DNA of 64,000 nt from Gammaproteobacteria bacterium (GTDB lineage: Bacteria; Pseudomonadota; Gammaproteobacteria; Ga0077536): positions 12,459 to 76,458 of the forward strand of contig SHZM01000005.1 of assembly GCA_009692265.1 (NCBI GenBank), written 5' to 3'. This document shows positions 1 to 10,233 of this stretch, in pieces. The notes below the pieces were generated by a model, which saw only the letters and a program-made list of their open reading frames with translations, was not told where the DNA came from and made no database searches. A program made the translations under genes and the position numbers. How positions within the stretch are numbered: position 1 is the first letter of the stretch; each line of letters opens with the position of its first letter.

Positions 1-776
1 GCGACAAAGTAATTCACCGCTTGCACGCTGCCGCTACCGATCGCCTCGGACACGACCTTGGTGGCTTTTGCCTCGGCATCGGCCAAGCGTTCACGTGCTT
101 CGGCGTCCTTGAACGCAGCCTCTCTGCGACCTTCGGCTTCCAGCACGGCGGCTTGCTTCTCGCCTTCGGCTTTTAAGATCGAGGCCTGGCGCGCGCCTTC
201 GGCTTCAAGGATCGACGCACGCTTCTCTCGCTCCGCTTTCATTTGGCGCGCCATCGCCTCGACGAGATCCTGTGGCGGAGTGATGTCCTTGATCTCGATG
301 CGGGTGACCTTAAGACCCCAGGGGTGGGTTGCCTCGTCGATGACCGTCAGCAGTTTCGAATTAATGACGTCGCGCTTCGATAACGATTCATCAAGATCCA
401 TCGATCCCAATACAGTTCGAATATTGGTCATCGTCAGATTCAGTACGGCGTTTTCAAGATCGGTTATTTCGTAGGCCGCGCGTGCCGCGTCGAGCACTTG
501 GTAGAACACCACACCGTCTACTCTGACCACTGCGTTATCGCGCGTGATGATTTCCTGAAAGGGAACTTCGAGCACCTGCTCCATCATGTTGATCTCGCGA
601 CCAACACTGTCGACATAGGGTACGATCAATCCGAGACCAGGGCGCAGGGTTTTGCGGTAGCGCCCGAAGCGCTCAACAGTCCACTCGTACCCTTGGGGCA
701 CGATTCGGGCAGCTTTATAGAGAGTGACAATTACTAGCACAACGAAGCCAACGACGAATGAGCCACCGATATCCAT
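1..776 (-). CDS. qmcA: SPFH/band-7 (stomatin-like, QmcA-type) membrane protein, 3' end outside the window
   Basis: Not in the ORF track. Manual translation from ATG 776: [40 protein letters not shown]...[18 protein letters not shown]...[10 protein letters not shown]...[19 protein letters not shown] upstream. Confidence 0.88.
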   Translation of the reverse strand, partial: MDIGGSFVVGFVVLVIVTLYKAARIVPQGYEWTVERFGRYRKTLRPGLGLIVPYVDSVGREINMMEQVLEVPFQEIITRDNAVVRVDGVVFYQVLDAARAAYEITDLENAVLNLTMTNIRTVLGSMDLDESLSKRDVINSKLLTVIDEATHPWGLKVTRIEIKDITPPQDLVEAMARQMKAEREKRASILEAEGARQASILKAEGEKQAAVLEAEGRREAAFKDAEARERLADAEAKATKVVSEAIGSGSVQAVNYFV

Positions 777-876
777 GCTTCCCTCCTGTTTAGTTCCCAC
801 GCGATGGGCGCAGTCTAGTTTAACGGGCCGGGGGAGACATCCTTCAGGCGCTTCGGGATTCCCCTAGTCGAATGGT

Positions 877-1077
877 TCAGGCGTGCATCGCGTAGAGCGA
901 TTGTTGTGCCTGAACCGCTTCTACATGTGCGCGGTACCAGCTATTGCATCGCTCCCAGAATGCCCCGGTCTCGGATTCGGCTTGATCCTGTGACTCGATC
1001 GGATGGTTTTCCATGTGCCGATGCTCGCAACCGCAAACATCGCAGGATTGGACCCAGACAAGTTCTACTTCAGACAT
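877..1077 (-). CDS. small hypothetical protein with CxxC-xC-xH-xH motif (66 aa)
   Basis: ATG at 1077 with a GGGAG RBS; MSEVELVWVQSCDVCGCEHRH... Confidence 0.65.
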   Translation of the reverse strand: MSEVELVWVQSCDVCGCEHRHMENHPIESQDQAESETGAFWERCNSWYRAHVEAVQAQQSLYAMHA

Positions 1078-1214
1078 TGCATTCAACTCCCAGAGGTTCA
1101 ACGAATGAATTCGGCTCTGGAGTTAGTGTCCAGCACTAACGGTTAGATGAGAAGTCGGGAAATGTAAGCAATCGCGAAAACGCCGTTAAACAACGAAACG
1201 CCGCCGGAATTGCA

Positions 1215-2255
1215 TCACATTCCGATGGCGATTCGATCGAACCAGAGGCCGAGCAGGTAGGACACGAACCCGGCCCCGCCGCCGATCACGACCATCCGTG
1301 CGCCGCTCTGCCAGGCACTCCGGCCGGTAAATAAACTCAACGCCGCGCCGACGAGAAATAAACCGACCAGTGCGACCGCGCTCGACGCGGCGATGGCATG
1401 CGAACTTGCTCCCCACAGTAAGGGCACCAAAGGCAGCGCGGCACCGATAGCAAACGCAGTGAAAGAAGCAATCGCCGCTCTCCACGGCGAGCCTAATTCT
1501 TCCGGGTTCAAGCCAAGTTCTTCGCGCGCCATGGTTGCCAGCGCGTGCTCGGGATTTTGAAAGAGCTCACGCGCGAAACTGCGAGCGGCGTCGAGGTCGA
1601 GGCCACGGGCGTTATAGATCAACGCCAGCTCTTCCATTTCTTCCTCGGGATAGTTTTCGAGTTCCGCACGCTCCAACGCGATCTGAGATTCGAAGACTTC
1701 ACGCTGTGAGCGCATCGACAGATACTCGCCAGACGCCATCGATAAGGCACCTGCGAGCAAGCCGGCGGTGCCCGCCAACATGACCGCCGGGGGAGCACTT
1801 CCGGCGCCTGCGACAGCCATGATTAAACAGGTGTTGGAGACCAAGCCGTCATTGATGCCGAATACTGCCGCCCGCAAGTTGCCGCCGCCGGCGACCACGC
1901 GGTGACGCGCGCCAACTTCCGACAGCTGAGACGGCATCGCGTGACCCGGCGACAGCGACCCCGAGTGCAGCACTGATAAACCACGCACTTTCATCGTTGC
2001 CAACACTGGCTTTATCGCACGTGGTCCCAGTCGACGGATTAACCAAGCGACAAGTCGGGCCCGGGTTCCGGGTACAAAGGGTGGTGGCTCAGCAATTCCC
2101 GCAACCCAAAGCTTGGCTTGATCATCGGCTGCGGTGGCCAGCGCGCGGAACATGTCAGCGATTTTTGGATCTGGCTCGCCCGCCGCGATAATGCGATAAA
2201 GCCACGCCGATTGGCGCTCTTCATGCCAGTTGTCGTGACTGTTCGCCGCTTGCAT
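1215..2255 (-). CDS. VIT1/CCC1 family Fe/Mn transporter with N-terminal ferritin/rubrerythrin-like domain
   Basis: LRAAVFGINDGLVSN, AGALSMASGEYLS and AREELG motifs; N-terminal EERQSAWLY...E helix bundle. Confidence 0.9.
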   Translation of the reverse strand: MQAANSHDNWHEERQSAWLYRIIAAGEPDPKIADMFRALATAADDQAKLWVAGIAEPPPFVPGTRARLVAWLIRRLGPRAIKPVLATMKVRGLSVLHSGSLSPGHAMPSQLSEVGARHRVVAGGGNLRAAVFGINDGLVSNTCLIMAVAGAGSAPPAVMLAGTAGLLAGALSMASGEYLSMRSQREVFESQIALERAELENYPEEEMEELALIYNARGLDLDAARSFARELFQNPEHALATMAREELGLNPEELGSPWRAAIASFTAFAIGAALPLVPLLWGASSHAIAASSAVALVGLFLVGAALSLFTGRSAWQSGARMVVIGGGAGFVSYLLGLWFDRIAIGM

Positions 2256-2332
2256 GGCGAGAGGGTAGCACAGGCATTATTGGTGGGAGCGCCCTATGCA
2301 GAGTTAACACGAAGTTGTCGGCACCTGCCAGG

Positions 2333-2572
2333 CTAGAGCGACACGGTGCGCAATAAGTCAGACGTGCGCTCCAGGGGATTCGCATAAATCCGGCGTAACC
2401 CGGTGCAGTCCTGGGGGTCGAACACTTCTAACTCTTCGAGCTTGGCGCGATAGAACGCCTGATCGTCACGTAACCGCTGTTTACGATCCTCAAGCCGGTC
2501 CGAATAAATCTGGACCAGGTTTGTTAACGAAGACGCCTGTTCTGAATTCGGGAGGCAGGCTTTGTTGTACAT
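2333..2572 (-). CDS. small hypothetical helical protein (79 aa)
   Basis: ATG 2572 with GAGG RBS and a sigma54-type promoter upstream; the longer track ORF start is unlikely. Confidence 0.6.
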   Translation of the reverse strand: MYNKACLPNSEQASSLTNLVQIYSDRLEDRKQRLRDDQAFYRAKLEELEVFDPQDCTGLRRIYANPLERTSDLLRTVSL

Positions 2573-2598
2573 AGTGGGCACCTCTGACTTTATTTCTG

Positions 2599-2614
2599 AG
2601 CACAGTTCGTGCCA
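2599..2614 (-). promoter_or_regulatory. candidate sigma54 -24/-12 promoter
   Basis: Minus strand TGGCACGAACTGTGCT; GG-N10-GC spacing correct; about 26 nt upstream of ATG 2572. Confidence 0.55.
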
Positions 2615-2757
2615 TCCCGTGATAAGGCGCGATAAGGGCGTTGATCTGCGGCTATCAGTCGGCAGGTAGTCCCCACGGATGGCTGACACATTTATCACCA
2701 ACACACCAGCATGCCTTTTTCTGTCACTTCCCGACGACATTGCTCGTACGGAGCTCT

Positions 2758-4755
2758 TTAAGATCCGAGCATTCCTTTCAAGCTCGCGAGCGTTGCACGG
2801 CCTGAAGCGCGATCGGTCGTGGTATTGCTTGCGCCGTCCAGCACGAGGTCCTCGCGGGGCAGCTCTTCCAAAAACCGGCTAGGCTGGCAATCTTCAGTCT
2901 TGCCAAAGCGGCGACGCGTTCGCGCATAAGAAATCGTCAAACTTTGTTGCGCGCGGGTGATTCCCACATACGCCAGGCGGCGTTCTTCTTCGACGGTATC
3001 GGCGTCGATACTCGCGCGGTGGGGCAGGATGTTTTCTTCGAAGCCAACGAGATAGACATGCGGGAACTCAAGACCTTTCGCCGCGTGCAAGGTCATCAAG
3101 GCCAGGCAATCGCGATCGTCTTCCTCCTCCTTGCGATCCAGCATGTCGAACAAGGTCAGAGCGGCGATAACTCCGCTGAGATCACGCCCACCGTCCTGCG
3201 TCTCCAGCCGCGCAATCCAATCGATAAGATCGCCGACATTGGCCTTGCGTCGGGCCGCGTCTTCAGGTGCCTCGCTGGTTTCCTCCAACCAATCGTCGTA
3301 GCACAGATCGGCGACGACCTGGCGCGCGAGCGCTGCCGGCGAGCTCCCGTCGCTGGTAGGTTGCAAGCTGTGTATCCAATGGCCAAATTCCCGCGCCAGT
3401 TTCACCACCCGCGGTGTGGCGCGAGCGGCAAAGGCTTCGCTGTTCAAAGTGGCGCATAACGAGCGTTTGATGGATGCGGCGACTTGCACCAGCACTTCGA
3501 CGCTGGCGGAGCCGAGTCCACGCCGCGGACTGTTGATCACGCGTAACAACGCGTTGTCGTCATCAGGATTGGCAATCAATCTCAGGTAGCACAGAAGATC
3601 TTTAATTTCCGCCGCATCGAAAAATGAACGACTCCCTGATAGCAAATAGGGAATCGCGCGCTCCCGCAAGGCACCTTCGAACACCCGGGCTTGGTGGTTG
3701 CCGCGAAAGAGGATCGCGAAATCCTTGAACGCAGTGCCGTGCACAACCCGATGGTGGTTGATCATATTGACGATATTTTCCGCTTCCGCGAATTCGTCCG
3801 CAGCGCCGATCACCTTTATTCGTTCGCCGAAGCCGCGTTCGCTCCAGAGCTTTTTATCGAAGACATGCGGATTACTCGCGATCAGTTGGTTCGCCGCCTT
3901 GAGGATAATTCCCATTGAGCGGTAGTTCTGTTCGAGTTTGATGATTTTTAACGCTGGGAAGTCGCCGGTGAGCTTGGCTAGATTTTCCGGGCGCGCGCCG
4001 CGCCACGCGTAGATCGACTGATCATCATCGCCAACCGCGGTCAGGCGCCCGCGCGCTCCGACCAGCAGCTTGACGAGTTCATACTGTGCGAGGTTTGTAT
4101 CTTGGTACTCATCGACCAGCAAAAATCTGATTTTAGTCTGCCATGTCGCCAGTAAGTCCGGGTCCGCTTTGAATAGGCGCGCTGGCAGAAAAATCAAATC
4201 ATCGAAATCAACCGCGTTAAAGGCCAACAGCATCCGGGCATATTCCGGATAGCAGGCGAGCGCGGCGCGGGCGAGAGGGTCCCCGCCGTCCGCGCTGGCG
4301 GCTGACGGGTCGAGCAAGGCGCTTTTCCAGCTGGAGATCCGTTGCTGCAACGCGCCCAGATCAAAAGTATTTGAAGCTAGTTCGCGGCGGGCGACGTCCG
4401 CGAGCGCGGACTCGCTGTCACGCGAATCGAAAATGGTGAATCTCGGGCGTAGACCGCACCGTGCAAATTCCTCGCGCAGGATCCTCAGTCCCAAGGTGTG
4501 AAAGGTCGACACCCACGGGCGTAAGTTGCCGTCGCGCCTGAGGAGAGCCGAGACCCGCGATTGCATCTCCTTCGCGGCCTTATTCGTAAAAGTAATCGCG
4601 GCTATGGATTCCGGCGCGGCTTGCCGGCTGCTCACGAGGTGGGCGATTTTGTGCGCGATCACGCGCGTTTTGCCGCTCCCCGCGCCCGCGAGAACGAGCA
4701 ACGGACCTTCGGTGTAGCGCACGGCTTCGCGCTGCGGGGGATTTAGATCGCGCAC
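2758..4755 (-). CDS. rep: ATP-dependent DNA helicase Rep (UvrD/Rep SF1)
   Basis: LVLAGAGSGKTRVI, DEYQDTN, VGDDDQSIYAWRGA, LEQNYRS, MTLHAAKGLEF, EERRLAYVGITRA; 665 aa. Confidence 0.92.
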   Translation of the reverse strand: MRDLNPPQREAVRYTEGPLLVLAGAGSGKTRVIAHKIAHLVSSRQAAPESIAAITFTNKAAKEMQSRVSALLRRDGNLRPWVSTFHTLGLRILREEFARCGLRPRFTIFDSRDSESALADVARRELASNTFDLGALQQRISSWKSALLDPSAASADGGDPLARAALACYPEYARMLLAFNAVDFDDLIFLPARLFKADPDLLATWQTKIRFLLVDEYQDTNLAQYELVKLLVGARGRLTAVGDDDQSIYAWRGARPENLAKLTGDFPALKIIKLEQNYRSMGIILKAANQLIASNPHVFDKKLWSERGFGERIKVIGAADEFAEAENIVNMINHHRVVHGTAFKDFAILFRGNHQARVFEGALRERAIPYLLSGSRSFFDAAEIKDLLCYLRLIANPDDDNALLRVINSPRRGLGSASVEVLVQVAASIKRSLCATLNSEAFAARATPRVVKLAREFGHWIHSLQPTSDGSSPAALARQVVADLCYDDWLEETSEAPEDAARRKANVGDLIDWIARLETQDGGRDLSGVIAALTLFDMLDRKEEEDDRDCLALMTLHAAKGLEFPHVYLVGFEENILPHRASIDADTVEEERRLAYVGITRAQQSLTISYARTRRRFGKTEDCQPSRFLEELPREDLVLDGASNTTTDRASGRATLASLKGMLGS

Positions 4756-4847
4756 AGAAAGTTAAACCTGGAAAGTGCAGTAGAGCGAGCGCGGGATTCT
4801 ACGGAAGAAGGGAGGTCGTCGCGAGGAGATTGCTCAGTTGCGGGAAC

Positions 4848-5351
4848 CTACGAGTTTCGTTCCGGCAAAGAAATAAGATCGGTTGCGCCGGGATCTATTC
4901 CGAGCTGCATCAACAAGGCGGTGATCTGACCACGATGGTGAGTCTGATGATTGAACATATGCACCACTGCAAACCAGTAGGGATACTGGCGCGGGATGGG
5001 CTTGGCGATCCCGGTGTAATGCAGTTCGCCGGTAAGATCGGCTTCGGACACACCGTCGATCCAGCGCGCAATCGCAGCATCGGTGGTTTTGCGCTCGTAG
5101 CTAAGTTCATCGAAATCAACGTAGAGTTCTTCGGCCAAACTTCGGATCACGAAGGTCTCGCCGGTAAAACGGCTGAGCCACATACGGTCCGCGAGCAGTA
5201 AATGATTCAAGGTGCCGTGAATTGATTTGAAAAAAGCTCCGAGATCGCGCTTGCGTTGTGCATCGGTCAACTCGGCACAACACGTGAATAAACGTTCATT
5301 CATCCAGCGGCTATACGCAGCGAGAGTGTGCAGATACTCGCGGGAAATCAT
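4848..5351 (-). CDS. DinB family protein
   Basis: FFKSIHGTLNHLLLADRMW and HMFNHQTHHRGQ motifs. Confidence 0.9.
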   Translation of the reverse strand: MISREYLHTLAAYSRWMNERLFTCCAELTDAQRKRDLGAFFKSIHGTLNHLLLADRMWLSRFTGETFVIRSLAEELYVDFDELSYERKTTDAAIARWIDGVSEADLTGELHYTGIAKPIPRQYPYWFAVVHMFNHQTHHRGQITALLMQLGIDPGATDLISLPERNS

Positions 5352-5432
5352 CGCTTGGCTAACGTCATGTACTTTATTGGGCTCTGCATTAGCCGAACCC
5401 TCGCCTGGTTGGCGAGGGTTCGGTGTGCCTGG

Positions 5433-5962
5433 CTAGTGGCTTTGATAGTAGACCGAGACTCCCGAACGCGGTACGTAATAGTTAGGGATCCCGTTCCAGT
5501 TGCCACGATATTGATCGCCGTAGCGATCCTGAAAACCCGAGTGTCCATGATGCGAGTTCCAGCGATCATGATTCCCGTGACCAGAATCCCACTGATTCTG
5601 CCCCTGTTGCGAGTGACCATTGTGGTGATCACTAGAACCATCGCGATAGCCGTGCCGATAACCGTGGCCGTAAGCCCACTGATCATCGCCACGAGAGATA
5701 TGGCTGCGTGAGTACGGCTGAACGAAAAACGGGCGGGTCGGCATTACCGGCTCTGGCCGTGGCGCGTAATACCCGCGATCGCTCTGGTAGCCATAGTGCT
5801 TCTGCTGTCCCCAGTTGCCCTGGTACCCCGGGTAGCTGTGGCCCCCGCGATTGTACTGGCGAATACCGGTTTCAAAACGATGCTCGGCCTCTCGGCCACA
5901 CCCGCGACAGCGATCGCTACGAGCAGCGCTGACACTTGCAGATTCCGCTTTAGTTTGTTCAT
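5433..5962 (-). pseudogene. secreted His/Gly/Tyr/Gln-rich low-complexity protein, frameshifted after its signal peptide
   Basis: Signal peptide MNKLKRNLQVSALLVAIAVAGVAE. Removing an extra AG near 5889-5892 gives VAEA-EHRFETG... continuous with the 5433-5744 ORF. Confidence 0.65.
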
Positions 5963-6041
5963 AACACCGAAACTCCTAAGCCCTTAAGTGTGTCCGGGGA
6001 CGTACACCCGCGGACACGATTCGCACACTAAGCGCACACCA

Positions 6042-6057
6042 CTTAATCCTGCCTGAA
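6042..6057 (-). promoter_or_regulatory. candidate OmpR-family (PmrA/QseB-like) direct-repeat box
   Basis: Minus strand TTCAG-N6-TTAAG upstream of the secreted low-complexity gene. Confidence 0.35.
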
Positions 6058-6135
6058 TTTTCGCGTGAGGCGGCGTAGATCGCAGTGCCGCAGGTTTCTC
6101 TGCCGCGCTGACCTGGGTCGGTTAGAATTCGCACG

Positions 6136-6636
6136 ATGCCCGATCCCGTTCCGAATAATTCCGCGATGCCACCTGCCCGCAATCGCTGGCTGTGGGGGCT
6201 AACCACACTCATCGCGGCAAGCGTCTTTTTTGTTATAGGTCAACACTATGCGCTACGCAAGGTCGTGCCGAGCGTGGTCCCCGTCGTTATCCAGGAAGCC
6301 CAGCTGGAATTTGCCGCGCGCCTTGATACGGGGGCCGAAGTGTCTTCGATCAACGCGACCGACGTTGCGGTTATCGGCGGCGAGGGGCGACCAACGCGAC
6401 GCGATATCGGCCGGCAAGTCGCGTTCACCGTGCTGAATGAGCGGGGCGAACGCGCCCGGCTGCAGACGAAAATAATCGGGATCCACGCGATTAAGACGGC
6501 CGACTGCCGCGAATTTCGCTATCACGTTTCGCTAACCGTCCAGCGCGACGGTCGCGCGCAGTCGGCCGAGAAGCTGCTACTGGGCCGCAACTGGTTGGAG
6601 GCTGGCTATCTTGTCGACGTTACTCGCCGAAGGTGA
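6136..6636 (+). CDS. retropepsin-like (RimK/LysX-associated) putative aspartic protease
   Basis: N-terminal TM segment, ARLDTGA catalytic motif, LLLGRNWL; C-terminal part looks shortened. Confidence 0.7.
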   Translation: MPDPVPNNSAMPPARNRWLWGLTTLIAASVFFVIGQHYALRKVVPSVVPVVIQEAQLEFAARLDTGAEVSSINATDVAVIGGEGRPTRRDIGRQVAFTVLNERGERARLQTKIIGIHAIKTADCREFRYHVSLTVQRDGRAQSAEKLLLGRNWLEAGYLVDVTRRR

Positions 6637-7831
6637 GATCCCCGCGGTCGCGGCACCGCCGTTCCGGGAAGTCGTGATTGGGAACAGTTCGATCCGCCTG
6701 CTCGGCACAGCGCATGTGTCGCGGGCGAGCCGTGATGCGGTGGCGCATGAAATCGCGGTAGGGGATTACGACTGCATCGCGGTCGAATTATGCGCGAATC
6801 GACTGCAGGCAATGCGCGATCCGAACGCCTTCGCGCGACTCGATCTAGTGCAAGTGATCCGCCAGGGGAAAGCGTCGATGGTCGTCGCGATGCTCGCGCT
6901 CGGCGCCTTTCAGCAACGGCTTGCCACTAAATTCGGGATTGAACCGGGGGCCGAGATGCGTGCCGCGTTCGATGGCGCGCAGCGCCGTAATCTCGCTCTT
7001 GAGACCATCGATCGCGATATCGGCATTACCTTACGACGGATTTATCGCGGAGTGTCGTGGTGGCGGCGCGCGATCTTGTTCAGCGGACTTATGCTGAGCG
7101 CGTTAAGTACAGATTCGATCGGCGAGGAAGAGATCGAACGGTTGAAGGACAGCGATCTATTAGAGGCAACCTTCGCCGAGTTCGCGCGCCACGCGGATGA
7201 AATCTATGTCCCGCTAGTGACTGAGCGCGATCGCTTCATGGCTGCGCGCCTACTTCAATTGGTTGACCTGGGACATCGCCGCATTCTCGCCGTTGTCGGC
7301 GCGGGACATCTCAGTGGTCTAAGCCAGGAGCTGCAGAATTACACCGCCACCGCAACTTCGGTATTGCAAGAACTCAATGCGGTTCCATCCTCTTCGCGCT
7401 GGGGCCGTGCGTTGCCCTGGTTACTCGCGATTTTTATCGTTGGCGGGATCGCGCTTGGTTTTGCGCGCAACCCAGAAATTGGTTGGGCGATGGTGCGCGA
7501 TTGGATCGTGCTTACCGGTGGGCTGTCCGCGCTAGGTGCCTTCCTCGCTGGCGCGCATCCTTTGACCATCATCACCGCGTTCCTGGGCGCGCCGCTGACT
7601 ACTCTACATCCCGCCATCGGAATCGGCATGTTCACGGCGCTAACGGAAGGTTACCTACGCCGGCCGACCGTCGGTGATTTCAAGAATCTGCGGTATGAAA
7701 CAACCCACTGGCGCGGGTGGTGGCGAAACCGCGTCGCCCGCACCTTGCTGGTCTTTGTACTGAGTGGCCTCGGTGCCTCGCTTGGCACCTACATTGGCGG
7801 CTATCGGATCGGCAGTGCGTTATTGGGGTAG
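6611..7831 (+). CDS. TraB/GumN (PrgY-like) family membrane protein
   Basis: LLGTAHVS, VAVELC-like CIAVELC, PGAEM, IDRDIGITL, ERDRFMA, VVGAGH; C-terminal TM helices. Confidence 0.9.
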   Translation: MSTLLAEGEIPAVAAPPFREVVIGNSSIRLLGTAHVSRASRDAVAHEIAVGDYDCIAVELCANRLQAMRDPNAFARLDLVQVIRQGKASMVVAMLALGAFQQRLATKFGIEPGAEMRAAFDGAQRRNLALETIDRDIGITLRRIYRGVSWWRRAILFSGLMLSALSTDSIGEEEIERLKDSDLLEATFAEFARHADEIYVPLVTERDRFMAARLLQLVDLGHRRILAVVGAGHLSGLSQELQNYTATATSVLQELNAVPSSSRWGRALPWLLAIFIVGGIALGFARNPEIGWAMVRDWIVLTGGLSALGAFLAGAHPLTIITAFLGAPLTTLHPAIGIGMFTALTEGYLRRPTVGDFKNLRYETTHWRGWWRNRVARTLLVFVLSGLGASLGTYIGGYRIGSALLG

Positions 7832-7840
7832 GCGGGCCGC

Positions 7841-7872
7841 TTCAGGGGGTCAACGTCTGATGACCCCCTGAA
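7841..7872. terminator. hairpin between convergent genes (probable bidirectional terminator)
   Basis: TTCAGGGGGTCA-N8-TGACCCCCTGAA, 12-bp perfect stem. Confidence 0.7.
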
Positions 7873-7881
7873 ATTCTTACG

Positions 7882-8085
7882 CTACGCCTCGTATTTAAAC
7901 GACAGCGACACCCGCGCCCGGTACGCCACGACTTTCCCGTTCTCGATTTTCAAATCAAGTTTTTCGATTTCCGCCACACGCAAGTCACGCAATGATTTCG
8001 CGGCGCCTTCCCACGACAGCGTGCTGGTACCAATTACATCGGTGACACGATGGATTGCCGCTGCCGCGGCTTTAGGCTTCGCCAT
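7882..8085 (-). CDS. dodecin family flavin-binding protein (probable short internal deletion)
   Basis: RVTDVIGTS..SWE...SLRDLRVAEIEKLD...YRARVSLSFKY; the helix between SWE and SLRDLR appears about 8 aa short. Confidence 0.75.
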   Translation of the reverse strand: MAKPKAAAAAIHRVTDVIGTSTLSWEGAAKSLRDLRVAEIEKLDLKIENGKVVAYRARVSLSFKYEA

Positions 8086-8188
8086 GATGACCCCCTTAGT
8101 GGTTTGCGAGGTCGACACTTGTGTGCGACTCTCGAGCGAAGTCTAGTCGCATTTTCGCGAATCTGCCGCAGCTCACGGCACGGGGTAC

Positions 8189-8279
8189 GATATTGCGCGC
8201 GGTGTTATTTCTCGCCCACGACGATGCGGGATACATCACTGGGCAGGTGATTTCAGTCAACGGCGGGTGGGATATGTGA
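8189..8279 (+). pseudogene. C-terminal remnant of an SDR (PhaB/FabG-like acetoacetyl-CoA reductase)
   Basis: Reads DIAR/AVLFLAHDDAGYITGQVISVNGGWDM* with no upstream ORF; lies just upstream of phaC. Confidence 0.7.
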
Positions 8280-8414
8280 GGTCATGTCGCGTTTGTGCTA
8301 TTGATCGAACTGCGGTTAGGCACAAGTGGCAACCGGTGCGCCCCGGGGTACGCGTAACCACGATTCCACGCGTCGGCGAAATAAGAAAATCCAACGAACT
8401 CTCGAAGGTGACCA

Positions 8415-10084
8415 ATGACTACTCCCTCGGATTCCGCTCCCGATATGAGCACCGATCGCGCTACCGAGCGCCCAGGTGCCGGCGAATTTCTTGGTGATCT
8501 CAATATCGCCAATGTGCTGGCGGCGCTGGGGCAGGGCGCGCAGCTCGGACCCGCGATGACCGAGGCGGTAAATTTTTATCAGGAACTCTTTAAAATCGCA
8601 CTCGGGACATCTGACGTCGCGCCCGATAACAAGGACTGGCGGTTCAAGGACGACGCGTGGTCGCAAAACCCCTTCTACAAGCGGGTCGGGCAGGCCTATC
8701 TTGCGTGGTCGAAGGCGCTGAACAATTTCGCTGAGCACAATCAAGACTGGCGGGCCCGCGAACGCGCCAAGCTCGGGGCGGATGTATTGACCAGCATGTG
8801 GTCACCCACCAACATTTTTTTAGGCAATCCAGCCGCGCTCAAGCGCGCGGTGGAAACCGGCGGGGGAAGCGTCGTCGAGGGCCTGCGCAACTATTTCGAG
8901 GATTTAGCCGAAAATCGCGGCATGCCGTCGCAGGTCGACCGCAGCGCGTTCACGCTCGGCGAAAATCTTGCGGCGACCCCGGGCGCGGTGGTGTTTAGAT
9001 CGGAAACGTTGGAGCTGATCCAATACCAACCACAAACGCCGCAAGTCAGCCGCCGCCCAGTACTGGTGATTCCACCGCAGATTGGCAAGTACTACTTTCT
9101 CGACCTAAGCCCCGACCGCAGTCTGCTGGAGTATTCGGTCAGCCAGGGGATCCAGACGTTCGTGATCAGTTGGCGCAATCCGACTTCAGAGCATGCCAAC
9201 TGGGATCTTGATCACTACGTAAACGCGATCCTAGAAGCCACCGATGCGGTACGCGTTATCACGGGCAGCCAAGATCTGAATGCCATGGGCTTTTGCGCGG
9301 GTGGAATTACGATGACGGCCGTTCTCGGTTATCTCAACGCGGTGGGCGATCCACGCATCCAATCGATGACCTACGCGGTAACCCTGCTCGATTTCGAGTC
9401 CGAGGCCATGATCGGTGCCTTGCGCACTCCGCACGTTTTACAAATGGCGCAGCAACACTCAACTTCACAAGGGATCATCAAAGGCGAGGATCTCGGTCTG
9501 TTATTTACCTGGATGCGGCCGAACGATCTGGTGTGGAATTATTGGGTCAACAACTATCTGATGGGCAAAAAGCCTGCGAGTTTCGACATTCTGGTTTGGA
9601 ACGTTGATTCGACGAATCTGCCAGCCGCGTTGCACGCGGATTTTCTGGAACTCTTTCAAAACAACGCACTGTGTAAGCCCGGTGCACGCGAAGTTTTGGG
9701 CGAAGCCGTCGATATTTCAAAGATCACGACCGACACCTTCGTCATCGGGGGTCTGACGGATCACCTCACGCCGTGGCAGGGGTGCTATCGAACTACCCAA
9801 TTGTTGGGCGGAGAACCAACCTTCGTACTCAGCAGTTCCGGGCATATCGCAAGCCTCGTGAATCCACCTGGCAACCCGAAATCGAACTATCACACCGGTC
9901 CGGAACCGGGACCCAATCCCGACGCGTGGTTGCGCGAATCGACTAAACATGTGGGATCGTGTGGGAATGCTGGAGTGAATGGATTAAAGCGCGGAGCGGG
10001 GAGTCGTGCCCCGCACCCGCAAAGCTCGGCGACTCACAACATCCGGCGCTGGTGGCCGCACCCGGTACTTATGTGCACGGCTGA
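8415..10084 (+). pseudogene. phaC: polyhydroxyalkanoate synthase with C-terminal frameshift
   Basis: TPGAVVF, GFCAGG lipase box, DHLTPW, SGHIASLVNPP. A 1-nt loss at about 9961 (TGG TGG to TG TGG); the other frame gives GSWWECWSEWIK...AAPGTYVHG* ending at 10084. Confidence 0.88.
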
Positions 10085-10233
10085 TGAGCTAAGCACCACG
10101 TAAATGGCCGACCTCTGGGCCATTGGTAGCAATTGTAAAACGTCGCGCGAATTGCAAGCGGATTTGCAATTCGAGGAAGCAGGAGCCGCGCGCGGCTGTT
10201 ATTCTCATGCGACATACCGACGGAGACCCATAG

